Source: Balanoglossus misakiensis (lineage: Eukaryota > Animalia > Hemichordata). From it: a DNA stretch of 64,000 nt. The notes beneath the pieces are model-generated. The model did not search any database and had not been told where the DNA came from. It saw only the letters and a program-made list of their open reading frames with translations. This document shows positions 1-12,714 of the stretch, piece after piece (within the stretch, counting starts at the first letter, position 1; each line of letters starts with the position of its first letter). Where the stretch lies: the NCBI GenBank assembly GCA_040954595.2, contig CM082577.2, positions 18,202,303-18,266,302 on the forward strand. Reading direction: 5' to 3'. The position numbers were made by a program, and so were the translations under genes.

Positions 1-697
1 GTATTTGGGGTAGATAGGGTGTGAGTAGTGGTTACAATGAAGTGTTGTACTGAATGTTTATCAATCATCATCGAACTGGCTTTGTTATATAACATTTTAT
101 GTAAATCGGTGCGTATAGAGTTGGATTGATGCCCAATGAAACTGTAATGATTGTGTTTATCATGTTTTTACGTGTTTATCCGTGTCTTGAGAAAAGTAAT
201 TGTAAAAACTTTGTTTTTAATGTTTTAAGTAGAATCTAACGGTAGATGGGAGTATCTCAGGCAATTGAGCTCGTTCCTATCCACACGTACTTTCGTTACT
301 GGGCGCATTTGTTGTACTGTAATAATTCTCGGCAATAAATGAACGTGGATCACTGTTCTCGTCAGAGCCAGTGTCCTCGTCGCCGCGATTTGCCCATGCA
401 TGAATAACAAGAATCTTCAAGCAATAACAACACAAAATTTGTACAATTTGTCTTGGGCAGTGGAAAGATTAGCGCACGGCATTGCCCGACGCGTACGCGG
501 TGCTAATTTCCTCGTGCGTACGTTACGGTATAACCTGTTACGTCATCAACACTCAAGGAATCACATGAGACTGCACTGCGCATGTGCTGCGAGATTTTGT
601 AGACGTAACACGTAGTGTTCGTCTACTCTCTGAACAATAGTTTATTGTTTTCAGTGTAGCTTCGCTGAAGCTTCGTCTGTTGACGTGGTCAACAACT

Positions 698-1843
698 ATG
701 GCGTCGAAGTCTAAGGCTAAAGACAGTATTTCTAAAGGCTTGAGTGGTGCAACCACTACTGAGAAAGCTAAACGACGCAAAATTGATACTGATAGTGATA
801 AAGTGAGTGTCGCTGACGCTCCACAGGCATCCACGAGTTCCGGTGCCAGTGCAAGTGGACTCGCGTGTAGTGCAGCTGGTCAAGAACAAACCACCGACAT
901 GGCGGCCATATTGAATTTATTGACGGCGGTAAACGATGGTCAAGGTAAGCTTACAGCCCGAATGGATAAACTCGAAGCCGAATGTTACTACGAGGGTAGT
1001 GACATGGAAGGAATTAAAAATTCGGCAGATGAGACTTGTTCTCTTGAACGTCACATTCCGGACGCGTCCGAAGTTACAGTAAATGACGACACTGCAAGTG
1101 CTGGTCACACGGAAAAGACAAGTGTCTTCAAGGACATTGCAAATAAGTTTCTTGTAAAGGAACAATGTGACGAGCCAATTGATGATGATTTCGCAGAAAT
1201 GATAAATGCGCTGTTTCGAGATGGCATTTCTGACGAGAAATATAATGACCTGGCCAAGAAATTCAATCGTCCATCAAATTGTCAAGGGCTGTCTAGTGTG
1301 AGAGTCAATCAGTTGATATGGGACATCATTCGCCCTGAAACTAGAAGTTTGGACACTAAATTCCAAGCTCTGCAGACATCACTGGTTAAGGGTGCAGTTT
1401 GTGTGACGAAAATGGTTAGTGCACTAGCCAAGTATAAAGAACGTCCATCGGACATTGACAATGCCGAGTTACAGAATTTATTAGACATTGGCACTGATTC
1501 GTTGGCATTGTTCGGCAATACCAATCGTCTTATCAACCTTCGCAGAATGGATTGTATGAAGGCCGACCTAAAGCACGATTACCTACATTTATGCTCGTCA
1601 ACAGTGCCTTATTCTGAGCTTTTGTTCGGTGATGATATCACCAAAAGAGTGAAGGACATCCAAGAAGTTAATAAGGCTGGTAACCAAATTGGTTCTTGGC
1701 AACAGCGAGGTACCTCTTACCGTGGTAGATATAGAGGGCGTGGCTTTCGATACAGAGGAAGAGGTCGTGCCAATTTTAGAGGCCAGAATGTGTCAAAAAA
1801 CTACTCACAAGGCCAGAGATACCAGGCAAAGCATCAGAAATAA
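698..1843 (+). CDS. DIRS ORF1 (gag-like), intact, ~381 aa
   Basis: Uninterrupted ORF 680..1843 with first ATG at 698. It has the RPSNC..L...VN..IW and LFGDD motifs and an RGRGR-rich tail typical of invertebrate DIRS ORF1, and it lies just inside the 5' ITR. Confidence 0.85.
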   Translation: MASKSKAKDSISKGLSGATTTEKAKRRKIDTDSDKVSVADAPQASTSSGASASGLACSAAGQEQTTDMAAILNLLTAVNDGQGKLTARMDKLEAECYYEGSDMEGIKNSADETCSLERHIPDASEVTVNDDTASAGHTEKTSVFKDIANKFLVKEQCDEPIDDDFAEMINALFRDGISDEKYNDLAKKFNRPSNCQGLSSVRVNQLIWDIIRPETRSLDTKFQALQTSLVKGAVCVTKMVSALAKYKERPSDIDNAELQNLLDIGTDSLALFGNTNRLINLRRMDCMKADLKHDYLHLCSSTVPYSELLFGDDITKRVKDIQEVNKAGNQIGSWQQRGTSYRGRYRGRGFRYRGRGRANFRGQNVSKNYSQGQRYQAKHQK

Positions 1844-1899
1844 TGGATGATAGAAGTGCACCTTCTTCATTACCAGTAAGTACTTGTACTTCTGCAATG

Positions 1900-2235
1900 C
1901 AACCCATTTTTCAAGCAGGCAGACTGTAATATTTTGAACAACAATGGCGAAATCTTACTAATGACGAAAGAATTATTGATATTGCACTTCATGCACATAT
2001 TGAGTTTATCGATGATAAACCGCCTATACAATATGATTGACCAAATTTGTCATCCAGGAAGAAATTATCAGTAATATAATCGACAAGTTTGTATCTAAGA
2101 AAGTGATTGTGAAATCACAACATCGTACTGGTGAATTCATTTCACCAATATTTGTGGTACCTAAAAAAGATGGTACTCATAGAATGATTCTCAACTTAAA
2201 GAGTTTGAATACTTATGTGCAATATCATCAATTCT
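1900..2235 (+). pseudogene. N-terminal stub of DIRS reverse transcriptase (stop, frameshift, truncated)
   Basis: Reads AGRL*YFEQQWRNLT, then FISPIFVVPKKDGTHRMILNLKSLNTYVQYHQF. It ends abruptly before the YxDD motif. Confidence 0.85.
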
Positions 2236-3003
2236 GGAATAAGTTACAGTGCCCTTGACACGGCAAGATCTCCTTTATCTGCATTGTGTTCTGTTAATCA
2301 ACGGACTACAATTGGTGCGCACCCACTTGTTGTTAGGTTCATGAAAGGGGTTTTTAACCTTCGACCTACTATCTCCAGATACAGTCATGTGTGGGATGGC
2401 AGCAAGGTGTTACATTACCTCAAGACTTGTTCACCAGTAACTGAACTTACCTTGAAAATACTTACCTTGAAATTGGTTATGTTACTAGCTTTAGTAACTG
2501 CTGCACGTGGACAGTCGTTGCATCTCTTTAGTTTGAAGTCTATGGCTATGAATGAGGGTTCATATATATTTACTTACGACAGTTTACTCAAACAGAGTAG
2601 ACCAGGGTTTGTCAACCCCATAGTAGTTTTGAGAAAATATGAACCAGACAGGAGTTTGTGTGTCTGTGATACATTGACTGAATATTTAGCCCGTACTAAA
2701 TCTATTCGCAACAATGAATGTCAACTTTTTGTAAGTTATGTGAAGCCCTTTAAGGCTGTTTCTAAGACAACCATAAGTCGTTGGCTTCGTGAAGTCATGG
2801 CTAGATCAGGTATTGACACTAATGTTTTTAAAGCTCATAGTGTAAGAGCTGCTGCTACTTCTAGAGCCAAACAGAGTATCGTTCCAATAGATGTTATTTT
2901 GTCCAGGGCTGGATGGTCCTCAACCTGTACCTTTGCAAAGTATTATGATAAACCTGTTCATGAGGACAGTGATGTATTTGCTGAAAGTGTTTTGAAACTT
3001 TAG
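2215..3003 (+). CDS. Tyrosine recombinase of the DIRS element (N-terminus lost; catalytic domain open)
   Basis: Contains HPLVVRFMKGVFNLRP, catalytic Arg in TAARGQ, HSVR, AGW and FAKYY, matching the R-H-R-W-Y YR signature. Confidence 0.9.
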   Translation: MCNIINSGISYSALDTARSPLSALCSVNQRTTIGAHPLVVRFMKGVFNLRPTISRYSHVWDGSKVLHYLKTCSPVTELTLKILTLKLVMLLALVTAARGQSLHLFSLKSMAMNEGSYIFTYDSLLKQSRPGFVNPIVVLRKYEPDRSLCVCDTLTEYLARTKSIRNNECQLFVSYVKPFKAVSKTTISRWLREVMARSGIDTNVFKAHSVRAAATSRAKQSIVPIDVILSRAGWSSTCTFAKYYDKPVHEDSDVFAESVLKL

Positions 3004-3119
3004 TTTATTTATTTATTTATTTATTTATTTATACAGAAGCTACTGTATATCATGTTTATTTATGAGTATATAAAGTACATTGAAATGTGTATTTGTTTTA
3101 TCGCATGTCTTTGCTTTAA

Positions 3120-3245
3120 AGTCTCATGTGATTCCTTGAGTGTTGATGACGTAATAGAATCCCCCAATTAAACGAAACTTACCTGGAAGTTGATGTTTGG
3201 TAGGGATCCTATGTAGTCATCTTGAACACGAAAAGGGATCACATG
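3120..3245. repeat. DIRS internal complementary region (ICR)
   Basis: Adjacent reverse complements of the element's 5' and 3' termini, joined at a taa/aat junction. Confidence 0.9.
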
Positions 3246-3689
3246 CCCACCCAGGTAATCCCACCCTTAGGGTGAGTTGTAGACATGCTCATTCAACCTT
3301 TGAAGTCTGAAGCTACACATGCGCAGTGCAGTCTCATGTGATCCCTTTTCGTGTTCAAGATGACTACATAGAATCCCTACCAAACATCAACTTCCAGGTA
3401 AGTTTCGTTTAATTGGGGGATTATTATTCATCTTACATCTCCGTTATTTTTTGCGTTGCATATTATTTGGCTTTCAAAACATCGGTACGATCGATCGAAA
3501 CCGCTAAGCTGAAACAGCCATCTTTCTTTTTTTGTTTACACTGGATCTTGATGCACGGGCCTTCAAATTGTAGGCGCATTTAACGACCGTTAAAAACGGC
3601 CCGTTCCGTACGGCTTTTTAGTGGACGCCAAATTCTAATGTTCTCAGTGCCAGATGTATAATAAATCATTGTATGATGCGACACACCGT

Positions 3690-4100
3690 ACACATGATTG
3701 TCATAACATGGACCATTATCACTAATGACAGTATCAGGGATTCCTTCGCGAGCAAATACAGATTTTGTTGCGGATATAACTGCATTCGCTGTTTTGTTTG
3801 GAAGCTTTATTACTTCTGGGAACTTTGAGTAATAGTCAATGATGAACAAATAATCATCTGATCCTAACTCGAATAAATCAGTACCAACTTTGGACCACGG
3901 CGTACTTGGTATCTCGTGGGGGATCATCGGTTCTCGAGAACGTTTGGGACGAAATTCCATGCAGACAGAGCATTTAGATATCATGTCTTCAATTTCAGTG
4001 TTGATACATGGCCAAAATAGTATTGAGCGGGCTCTTTGTTTTGACAATTCCTTGACACCATGTGTTGTATTGGGACTCCGTACGCCATGAAGTCTAGTCA
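3690..4100 (-). pseudogene. Ty3/Gypsy integrase fragment
   Basis: H..G...KQRAR...FWP..CSVC zinc-finger end, PWSKVGTDLF, IIDYYSKF and SDNGP (rve core). Truncated at both ends. Confidence 0.9.
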
Positions 4101-4229
4101 ACAGAGTGCCAAAACGAGGCAGCTCACTTTATTACCATAAGTCAATATAGAGGGCAGTATTACAGATAGTAATGTGCAAGGCATTCAAAGTAACATACAT
4201 TACAGCGTCCTCAGTACCCACACAAACAG

Positions 4230-5371
4230 TTGAAAGTGCCTCAACACCAGATCCATGAGGGAATGGGTGTGGTTGCTCATCCGGAAGATCCGGAGATCGC
4301 TGGCATTTTCTTTGCCGCTGATGTCACCAAGCAGGTGATAGACCCAGTTGACAGCCTGCCCACTGTCATCGGATCTGACCCTGCTCCGGGGGTTGCGACT
4401 TCGACAAGAGGCGGCTTGCACAACCTCACTGTCGAAATGGAGTGTGCCGAAAACCAAAACAAGAATCCAGCGTCCGACAGAGCCATCCAAGAAATCCCGG
4501 ACGAGCTATTGCGTCTAGCCCCACTTCGTGACACCGTCACACCACCGTTGCTTGCTGTTGCCAGTGTTTATGTCAACACAGATCGGCCTACACGTACAAT
4601 ACGGATGCAAGGGGATCAGTTTGACCACACTCAACTGCCCATCTTTGACCACAAGCAGATAGGCGATCACCAGTTCAGTGAACACACGAAGGCTCCATTC
4701 GGCATTTTTACAGAGGTGCCTGTGCTTGATGTAGACGACCTGGTCTGCCTCCATTCAGATCATACATGCCCGTGTCTGTTACTTGTTTGTTGGCATTACA
4801 CAGACCTTGTCACCTTCACCTTTGTACTAGTCCGACGGGTGTGTTCCTTCACCCAAAACCACCGTCCCCCACTTGACCAGCCTGACGGAGCAGCAGCAGA
4901 AAGGCCATCTCGACGTCGTACCCCAGCGGACTTACAGGACTTTGTTTTGGACCTTTTTCACCTATTTCATCGTATTTGTATTTGGGGACAGTTTTTTTTT
5001 CATGCTTTCATTGCCACTTTGTCTACTTCTCGTGAAACCGTTTAGTTTCCGCCTAATTGAGTTTACCCCGGCATCGCAATGTGCCTCTGCAGTTTCAGCT
5101 CAATGTTCATTGTTTTTCTTCAAAAAAAAGGAAAGAAGAAAAGTGGTTGCGCCACTATGTTAGTTGTTAGTAGTTTAACCTTTGACCTCACTACCCACAG
5201 TGCTTTGCCTGTGGCGTAGTTCTCTCTCTCTCTGCTCGTCCGCCATATTGTAACTAGCGGTATACATGTAGTGCGTTTGTAATAAAACCGTTCGTGTTAT
5301 CAACCATACGTGCCTGGTTGTAGTCTTTGCTGGTGTCTGACAACAGTGGTTGTGTCCACGTTGGCGCAAGA
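4230..5371 (+). mobile_element. Probable 3' end of an LTR retrotransposon (ORF tail, polypurine tract, LTR ~5144-5371)
   Basis: The ORF contains RPSRRRTPADLQDFV, which resembles a pol C-terminus. A purine tract at 5122-5143 is followed by TG. There are imperfect terminal inverted repeats (ttgcgcca / tggcgcaa) and an AATAAA at 5281. Confidence 0.5.
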
Positions 5372-8300
5372 CTCCCCAAGTTAATCGTGTTTTTAGTATC
5401 CCATCCGGATTTTATACTACGAGTCATTGGATTATCATATATTTTGGAATAAAACTCCCATCCTCGGTGTACTAACATTAGTATTGTTCAAAGTGTCGTA
5501 ATGTCATTCATATTGAAGCATTTCTTCTTGAGGCACGAACGGCATAAAACCGGTGCCATGGCTAACAGGTGACGTAGCCGAAACCGGAAATTGTAGAGTT
5601 TTGAAGTGATGAAATCGAGAGAGATAACACTATTTCAATCGATATACAAAAATTGTGCATGTGAACTCGGGGAAGGTTATTCTAAGAGATGAGAGAAAGC
5701 TCCATGGAAGAGCGCCACCAGTATAAGAACACAAACAACACTGCGGTCAGAGACGACATAAAATAAATGCGTACTAATGTGTTGTGGATCTTTACATCGT
5801 TTTCATATAAATTTTTTCTTTTACCATTCAGTTATTTATCGTTGTTAATATTAAAACAGCATTGGTTTTATAACAAATAGATATACTCTAATTGGAATAT
5901 GGTCGGTACAACTGTGTATTATGCTTCCTTAGAGCAGGCGCTGTCCCTTGGATTAGAAATCAGTCCTCAAGGTTGAACAAACATGGTGAGTGAAACTTAA
6001 GAACTTAACAAACATCTAGAAGTGAATCCATCATCATCTATTGGCAAATAGGCCAGCCCTAATCCATCTTCTGCTGCTGTTGGAAAGATGGATTGATCAA
6101 AGAGTGTCTGCTGGCTGTTCAACGCAGTGACACTCAGACGCAAACGTTCGCTCACTAATATGAAACCTTCAATGTCTTTTTATCGCCCGAGGGCCGTTTT
6201 CAAATTAACCTTTGATATCACTTATATCCCCATAGGATTCATCTTTGTCTTTACTACAGCCTATCATGCCCAAGTCCCAGTCTACCATATTGTCAATAAA
6301 TATGTTCGTTGTTAATCCTTTCGCTGTTTATTACAACACATCTGCGTCAAAATGTCTGGATAAATTGAGAATAATCTGAGGGCGAAAGTACGTACGTCAT
6401 CGATAATAAAACGGTAGCGGAATAATGATAGATAAGAGTATGATGTTTTCTTCTTTAAATATCTCCAGGTTATAGAATGGGCTAATACAACCAGACAGGT
6501 ATGGCATAATGTTTTTGGTATTGCACTGAGTGCAAATATCGATGTTACGCGCGCGTTCGGTGCAAGTAATCGACAGTACATATGTAATTCTGTCAGAGTA
6601 TTACTTTTGAGAATTCTTACCGGGGCGTAAACCTTTTGGAACGTGCCTACTAATGTTCAAAGCAATCGAACCATCGTTTTCGCAGAACTGAAGAATATTT
6701 TTGACTTTTAAAAACGGCAAGAATCACCCCCAAAATACAAAAATGCAACTTTCATCACAAATTTGAACAAATTTGATCATTGTCATTTCGAGAAAAAACT
6801 CAGAGGAATTGTGAATCCGCAGCAGCTGTTTCAGAATAGATTAGTTTTCAATTGTTAATGGGACTCTGGATTGACGTCGACGGATGATCAGCCTATCTGG
6901 TCAGCTCCAAAGCTAAATTGCATTTCTGTCCTACAATGGACAAGGAAACCATGTGATCACAATGTTCATGCCTTTCTTCCATTCACAAGATAAGATTCTC
7001 AGTATCCCAAAATTACGTGTTTTAGCAATATAAATACGTCACTGTCGACATGTCCACTTCACAGTGACATCACTGAGCAAAACTTTACCGTCATTTAATT
7101 GGCGCCCTCATCGCCGCACATAAGAACTTCTCGCTATTTCACATTGATTACCAGTATTTTTTATACGGTGCAAATACAGCGATCTGATTGGTTGAGACAA
7201 GGAGATGGTGATATAGCTAGTCTGTTCCCCTGCCCCAATCCCACCGCTGGCTGTGCTACGCTAAAGGGAAAAGGGTCAGGTACGGCCCGATCTTGGCCAA
7301 AAACCTGCCCAGCATATTATACTGAAACAAAGACCACATGATCATAAACAAGATGGATGCCTCCAATGTCCTTACGCCAGTCAAGATTCATGCAGGCAGT
7401 TTACATGTATGTTGTTTCGTTTGTCGTAAAGTTGGAAATCGAATGATAAACATTCATGGAGGTGAAGGAGAGAACGGGAAACGTAGTATCTTACAACAAC
7501 TTATCCTTAAGTATGGTGAAGTAGTGGTAATGCTCGTATTTATTGACCGATGAGCCCGGATACAGCGTAATTTTAGGGAACCACGGACGTCCTAATTCCA
7601 TAGGTTCATGTCAGTTAATTGCTTATTAACATATTTACGTACACGGACTTATTATCCTGTTTTCTATATTTCAGGATGTACATCATCAGAGTGTATTATA
7701 AATTATTTTGTAGTCCCGCGTCAGTTGGTGAACAATTTGCAGATTTGTGCTATAGGCACAGAACTGTGTAATTAGTGATATACATGTATTAGTTCTGACA
7801 CTGTTGAGAAGCAGGAGTGCTAATTGTCAGCGACCAAAAGTCACATGATCAAAATGTAAGGTAAATACGTCTTTTTCAGGAGAACACAATTCATCTGAAC
7901 ATTGCATTGAAGTGTATTCAATCATGTTCATTGTTGATGTGTGTTGGCTTCGGTGTCTAATCAGGTTAGCAATACTTTGAAGTTCAAAGTGGTCTTTACT
8001 AGATAGTGTTCTTTTGCCAAATATTGTTCTAACTATTATGTAGGGTTGTCTCGTGGTTTGTCATTCAGTTGGTCATTCATGCTAACCAATGTATTGAACT
8101 ACATAACACATTTTTACAAAACAGACAGTGGAAACACGTGCATATCACTCGACACTTTCCTCTTCACGGTTACTGTTGCAGCTGCATTTACAATTCACAC
8201 GACTTTGCTTGTGACCAGAGCTCCCTATATCTTATCAAGAATGCATATAAAAGTCATGGACATGTTCCCTATACTCAAACGTAGATGGCACAATGAAACG

Positions 8301-11269
8301 CGACGGAGCATCAGCTGCAGGCACACAAAATATAATTATCGTCCATTCTAATTTAAATTGATAGTATTGTACTTTAATTTCAACAAGGTCCTGGCTGTGA
8401 ATTATATTCAGATGTATATGCGTGGTTTAAATCTTAACTGTGTCGTTTTGGTGAAACGTATTTGAAAAATAACAATCAAATGGACATTTACATATTACTA
8501 TCTCTAAAGGCAGACATTTTTCCATTTCTAAGATCTGATGGTACAGGTATGGCAATATCAACCGCATCAAGGGAATCCAAAGAAATGCAGGCATTCAAGT
8601 AGCTGATTACTGAAAAGTGAATGGATTGGAATTACTATTGAAAGCGACAAATGAACTTTCTACATAGTACATCTTCAATATGAAATATCTGTCGGTGTGA
8701 CAGTGGTATAGCCCAAAATAATGGCCTACCTTTGGAGAGTTCATACTTGCATATAATACTAAAACGTGATACGCCAAACACCACCTGCGCTCGTTATCCT
8801 TTTGTAATTGCAATGTTACAGCCTCACAAATAATTGCTCATTTCAAGCAGTAAGGTTTCGAAATAAAGAGCTGGGAAGAGTCCTTTAACCGTGTTTATGG
8901 TTTGTTGTGGGTTACTGATCATTAGAATTGGTTAACAACTCATAAACGTACACCATTCTGATACTCGTCTGCCATTTATTAAGATAAATGCAAGTTAACT
9001 GCGAATATAACCACAAAGAATTCCTTAGACTCCATGCTAATGTTACTATATGCTTGAGATGTAAACCTCGAACCAATTATCGCATTATTTTTTATTCGTG
9101 ACAAATGAAAATATATGAATCCGTATATCTGTATTTATCGCTGAAATTCTGTCAAAGCCGTCGATCTATCTATTGATACACCGCCATTGCAATGTTTGTA
9201 AATTATAGTTTCAGAAGAACGGAAGTATTAGAGATTTCGCTAGATCATTCATTTACCACAATTAGGCCAGCGTTTAGTGTACAATGTGCTCCATGAAATT
9301 CTCCATGTTTTCATGGCGAGTATGGAAACGATAAAGTAAATTGACCTCAATATTCAACACATATATGTAGAATGCTCAATTGTCGTCAAGCTACCGCAGG
9401 GTAACACGTACAAGGCTTTGCATGCACAGTAATTCAATTGTGAGTTTTAATGGGTGATAAAATGAGAGTTAGTTTCTGTATAGCTTGTACAGCCCACAGA
9501 TCAATCCGTGTAAATGCACGAATAAATGCTGGGCGTTCAGTTCTTTAGTTATCTAATGCTCAGTTCTTTAGTTATCTAATGGAATGGAGATATACAGAAG
9601 AGATACTGAAATCCACGTCACACAACTGCAAATTGATAGGATTGCTCACAGGAAATGACTATTCATATATTTTAATAGGATATGAAATTGACGAATGAAC
9701 CTTGATTGTTGAATAGTGACAATCGGTAAACTATCTTTAGCTGGCATATTTTAAGGCACGGGTCAGAAAATTATGCGCCAGTGAATCAATAATAAATTCT
9801 CTCTGAATGTGTGGTGATGTGGTGGCCTTGATTCAAGCAAGTTAAGCTTGGTGTCATATTCAAAATCTAAGCAATGAAAGTTAATAAAATGCATATACTA
9901 TAGCAAAATTTCAGCACAATTTCAATCTTCGTGCAAGGCGCGGTATGTACAAGCTCTTGCGTACAATACGTGACACCCATGAAGGCTGGAAAAAATATGT
10001 ATTTGAGCGCAATAGAACCTGCGACTACCTGCATTGCACGCACCTTCCAGCAAATGCAACCTCGGTTCAGCACACGGCATCTAAGACCGGAGTGATCGAA
10101 GTATTCAACATCTTCAGAAAAGTCAAAGCACAGCGTCAGTTAAGCCAGGTCAGGTCTTCAGCGATCGTATTTCACTGGACATTTCTGGCTAACATGGTTG
10201 CATGCAGTTCTATTGGAACAAATCTTCGTGCATTTGTTATTCCGAAACTACAAGCTCACAGCCTAAGATTTCAAAGGTTAAATTCTGAGAATACAAAGAT
10301 TGTATTGACCGATCAAGACAATTTATGTTAACGTGAAACCTTTACTTTTTCCGAACCGCGGAGAAAATGGCACCCGCTTGATCGCCATCTCCATGTTCAT
10401 CTGATACTATCTTCTTTCAACGTTAACTCTCTCCACCTTTTTCAACTATTAAAGATATTTTATCATGTAGACTTTGGCCCACTATTTTCGCTTAGCATGC
10501 AGTGACCCCCAATTTTAATGACTCTTTGTTAGCTCCCGTATTCAAATTCTAGAGTAATAATGTTATACCAATTCTGTCTGTCTTCATATTGCTTATTAAC
10601 GAAGTTGACAAAGAACAAATATTTTTCTCACAATGGTTGTTCATAGGAACAACAAGACATTATTGGTAGGTAAATACAATAAAATATTACAACAAATTCG
10701 AAAAGTGCTACAAATATCAACCTCACAAGGTTATGTTGGTACTATCTGTGTCATGGCGAATATATGAACTTTTCTAATGAAGGATATATTTTCAAAAATA
10801 TTACACCAAATTTGATTAAACTTGTTACAGTCACAATTGTCTGAACTGCACTATGAAAATGTTAGCTGTGTAATGTTAATAACTGCTAATTTGCATATTG
10901 AACACACTTAACACTAACATGAGTTGATTCACCAAATGTGACGAATATTGCCAGGAAATACTGTTCTGACATATCTTTGAATATGTTAAGAAACATTGCA
11001 CAGCTTCTAGTCAATAAATGCTATTTTGCATATGTCATGAGCTTTAGTAGTTTGTTGTATATTTCCTAAACTGCAACAGTAACTTGAATAACATTGTAAA
11101 ATATATTGATCCCATAGCCTTCGGAATGTATTAAGGGACGCGTTTTGCAGTTCAAAAATAATTAAATAAAGAATTATATGAAAATACTTTATTTCAGTCC
11201 ATATACTCAAAAAAATAATGAAAATACTCTGGAAAATCTGTAACTGAAAAAAACACTCTGCGAACTTAC

Positions 11270-12215
11270 ATGATATACAATTGCTTTCGCCAATGCTTGA
11301 AAATATACTGTCAGTCACTCTGTCTGATGAACAGATCGCATCAAGTAAAACATTTGAAGAATTTTCGAATCTACACTTAAAACTGTACATGTTGCGTCTA
11401 AACACTTCACTAAGAGACATAATATGGTTTGTAGCGAACATACCTGATGCACTACAACATGGCGGGAGACCGAGAAGTCTTCTCCAGACATTGTTGTACA
11501 TAGTTTTAATTTTTTTCATCGGTTTAACTTTAAAGGATGCCCACAAAACTGCAACAGTAAATTTTACTACAATATGCCAAAAATAGCACTTTCTTTACAT
11601 CTGGACTACAATGTTGAAATTTCTCAGTAACATGTTTGCCCTTACACAAAATTCCCGTCTCTGTCGTTCAAAATCCTCATTATCACAACCATGGCAAGAT
11701 ATTACATGGCCCAGATAGGTGTGTACAGATACAAAATTAAAGGTGATATCATTAAGTTTAACCGATGGTATTCTTTGAACGCTCATATTCTTTCCATTAA
11801 AAAATATGCAAAAAGTTTTACTAGAATTGTAACTGATATCATAATCCTTGCCATAAATTTCACAAATTCTAAGAAGGTCGCGTAAACTCTTTACACTTGG
11901 ACAGAGTAGAGTCATGTCATCAGCGTATAAACCTAAAGTGTTAGCGCTGACACCACACATATTACACCCAACATTGGCTTTACAGAGTTCATCGATGAGA
12001 TCATCAATGTAGACATTAAAAAGATAGGGTGAAAGTACTCCCCCTTGTCTTACACCGTTATAAACAGAAAACAACTCTGAGGTTACATTACCCCATTAAA
12101 CAGAGTAAACAATACCAATAATATAATATATTCGACCAGCATACAAGGGAACATGTTGATGAGCTTATTAACCGGTTTAAAGTGATTAACTCTGGCAAAA
12201 GCTTTTGATGCAGAC
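11270..12215 (-). pseudogene. Non-LTR retrotransposon RT remnant (Proto2/RTE-group-like), frameshifted
   Basis: Contains ASKAFARVNH, NGVRQGGVLSPYLFNVYIDDL, LYADD, TYLGH, and a C-terminal YNNVWRRLLGLPPCCSASGMF. Confidence 0.85.
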
Positions 12216-12714
12216 ATGCCTTGAGCGAGTTTCCTCCCTTCCTCTTGTTGTACCCAGTACTCGCTGACCGATGTTTACTTTATCAACTTAATCCGTGGAT
12301 GGGGCACACAAATTAAGTCGTTAGCAGGTGATTAATGGGAAATGGATAGCTTTTATTCTGGATTAGCAAATGATAAGACAGGTTGGGAAAACGCAGGACG
12401 GAACGTACTTCGCCATGTATAACTTTCATGTTTGCATTCCCCTGTGGTGAGGCCACCCAAACCGCTGGCCGGAAACGCGCGCCCTCGCAGGCTGCAGTCG
12501 GACAACAACACTCAGTCAACATGGCGGCCCCCAGTACGCCCAACGCCAAGGAAGCAAGTGCACCGAGCGCAACGGCTGACCCCGAACAATTACAACAGGG
12601 GGAACTTGGACTGGACTCGCTGCTTCAAGCATTGAATATCAAGGCGGGATCCCTGAACAATGATTCGAGTCTGCCACGGAAGATTCGTCAACGCATGGAC
12701 TTAGAACCCATGGT

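Larger units (their letters stand above)
538..3426 (+). mobile_element. DIRS1-type YR retrotransposon, internally deleted (most of RT and all of RNaseH/MT missing)
   Basis: The 5' end (538-572, ttacgtcatcaacactcaaggaatcacatgagact) is the exact reverse complement of 3120-3154. Bases ~3155-3245 are the near-exact reverse complement of the 3' end (~3336-3426). Together these form an internal complementary region (ICR). 3316-3343 (cacatgcgcagtgcagtctcatgtgatc) is inverted relative to ~559-586, forming the ITR. The element contains gag, an RT stub and a YR ORF in DIRS order. Confidence 0.93.

Noticed and set aside
2215-3003. Phage or bacterial integrase / horizontal transfer
   Set aside because: The motifs and position (gag-RT-YR between ITR and ICR) identify it as a DIRS YR.
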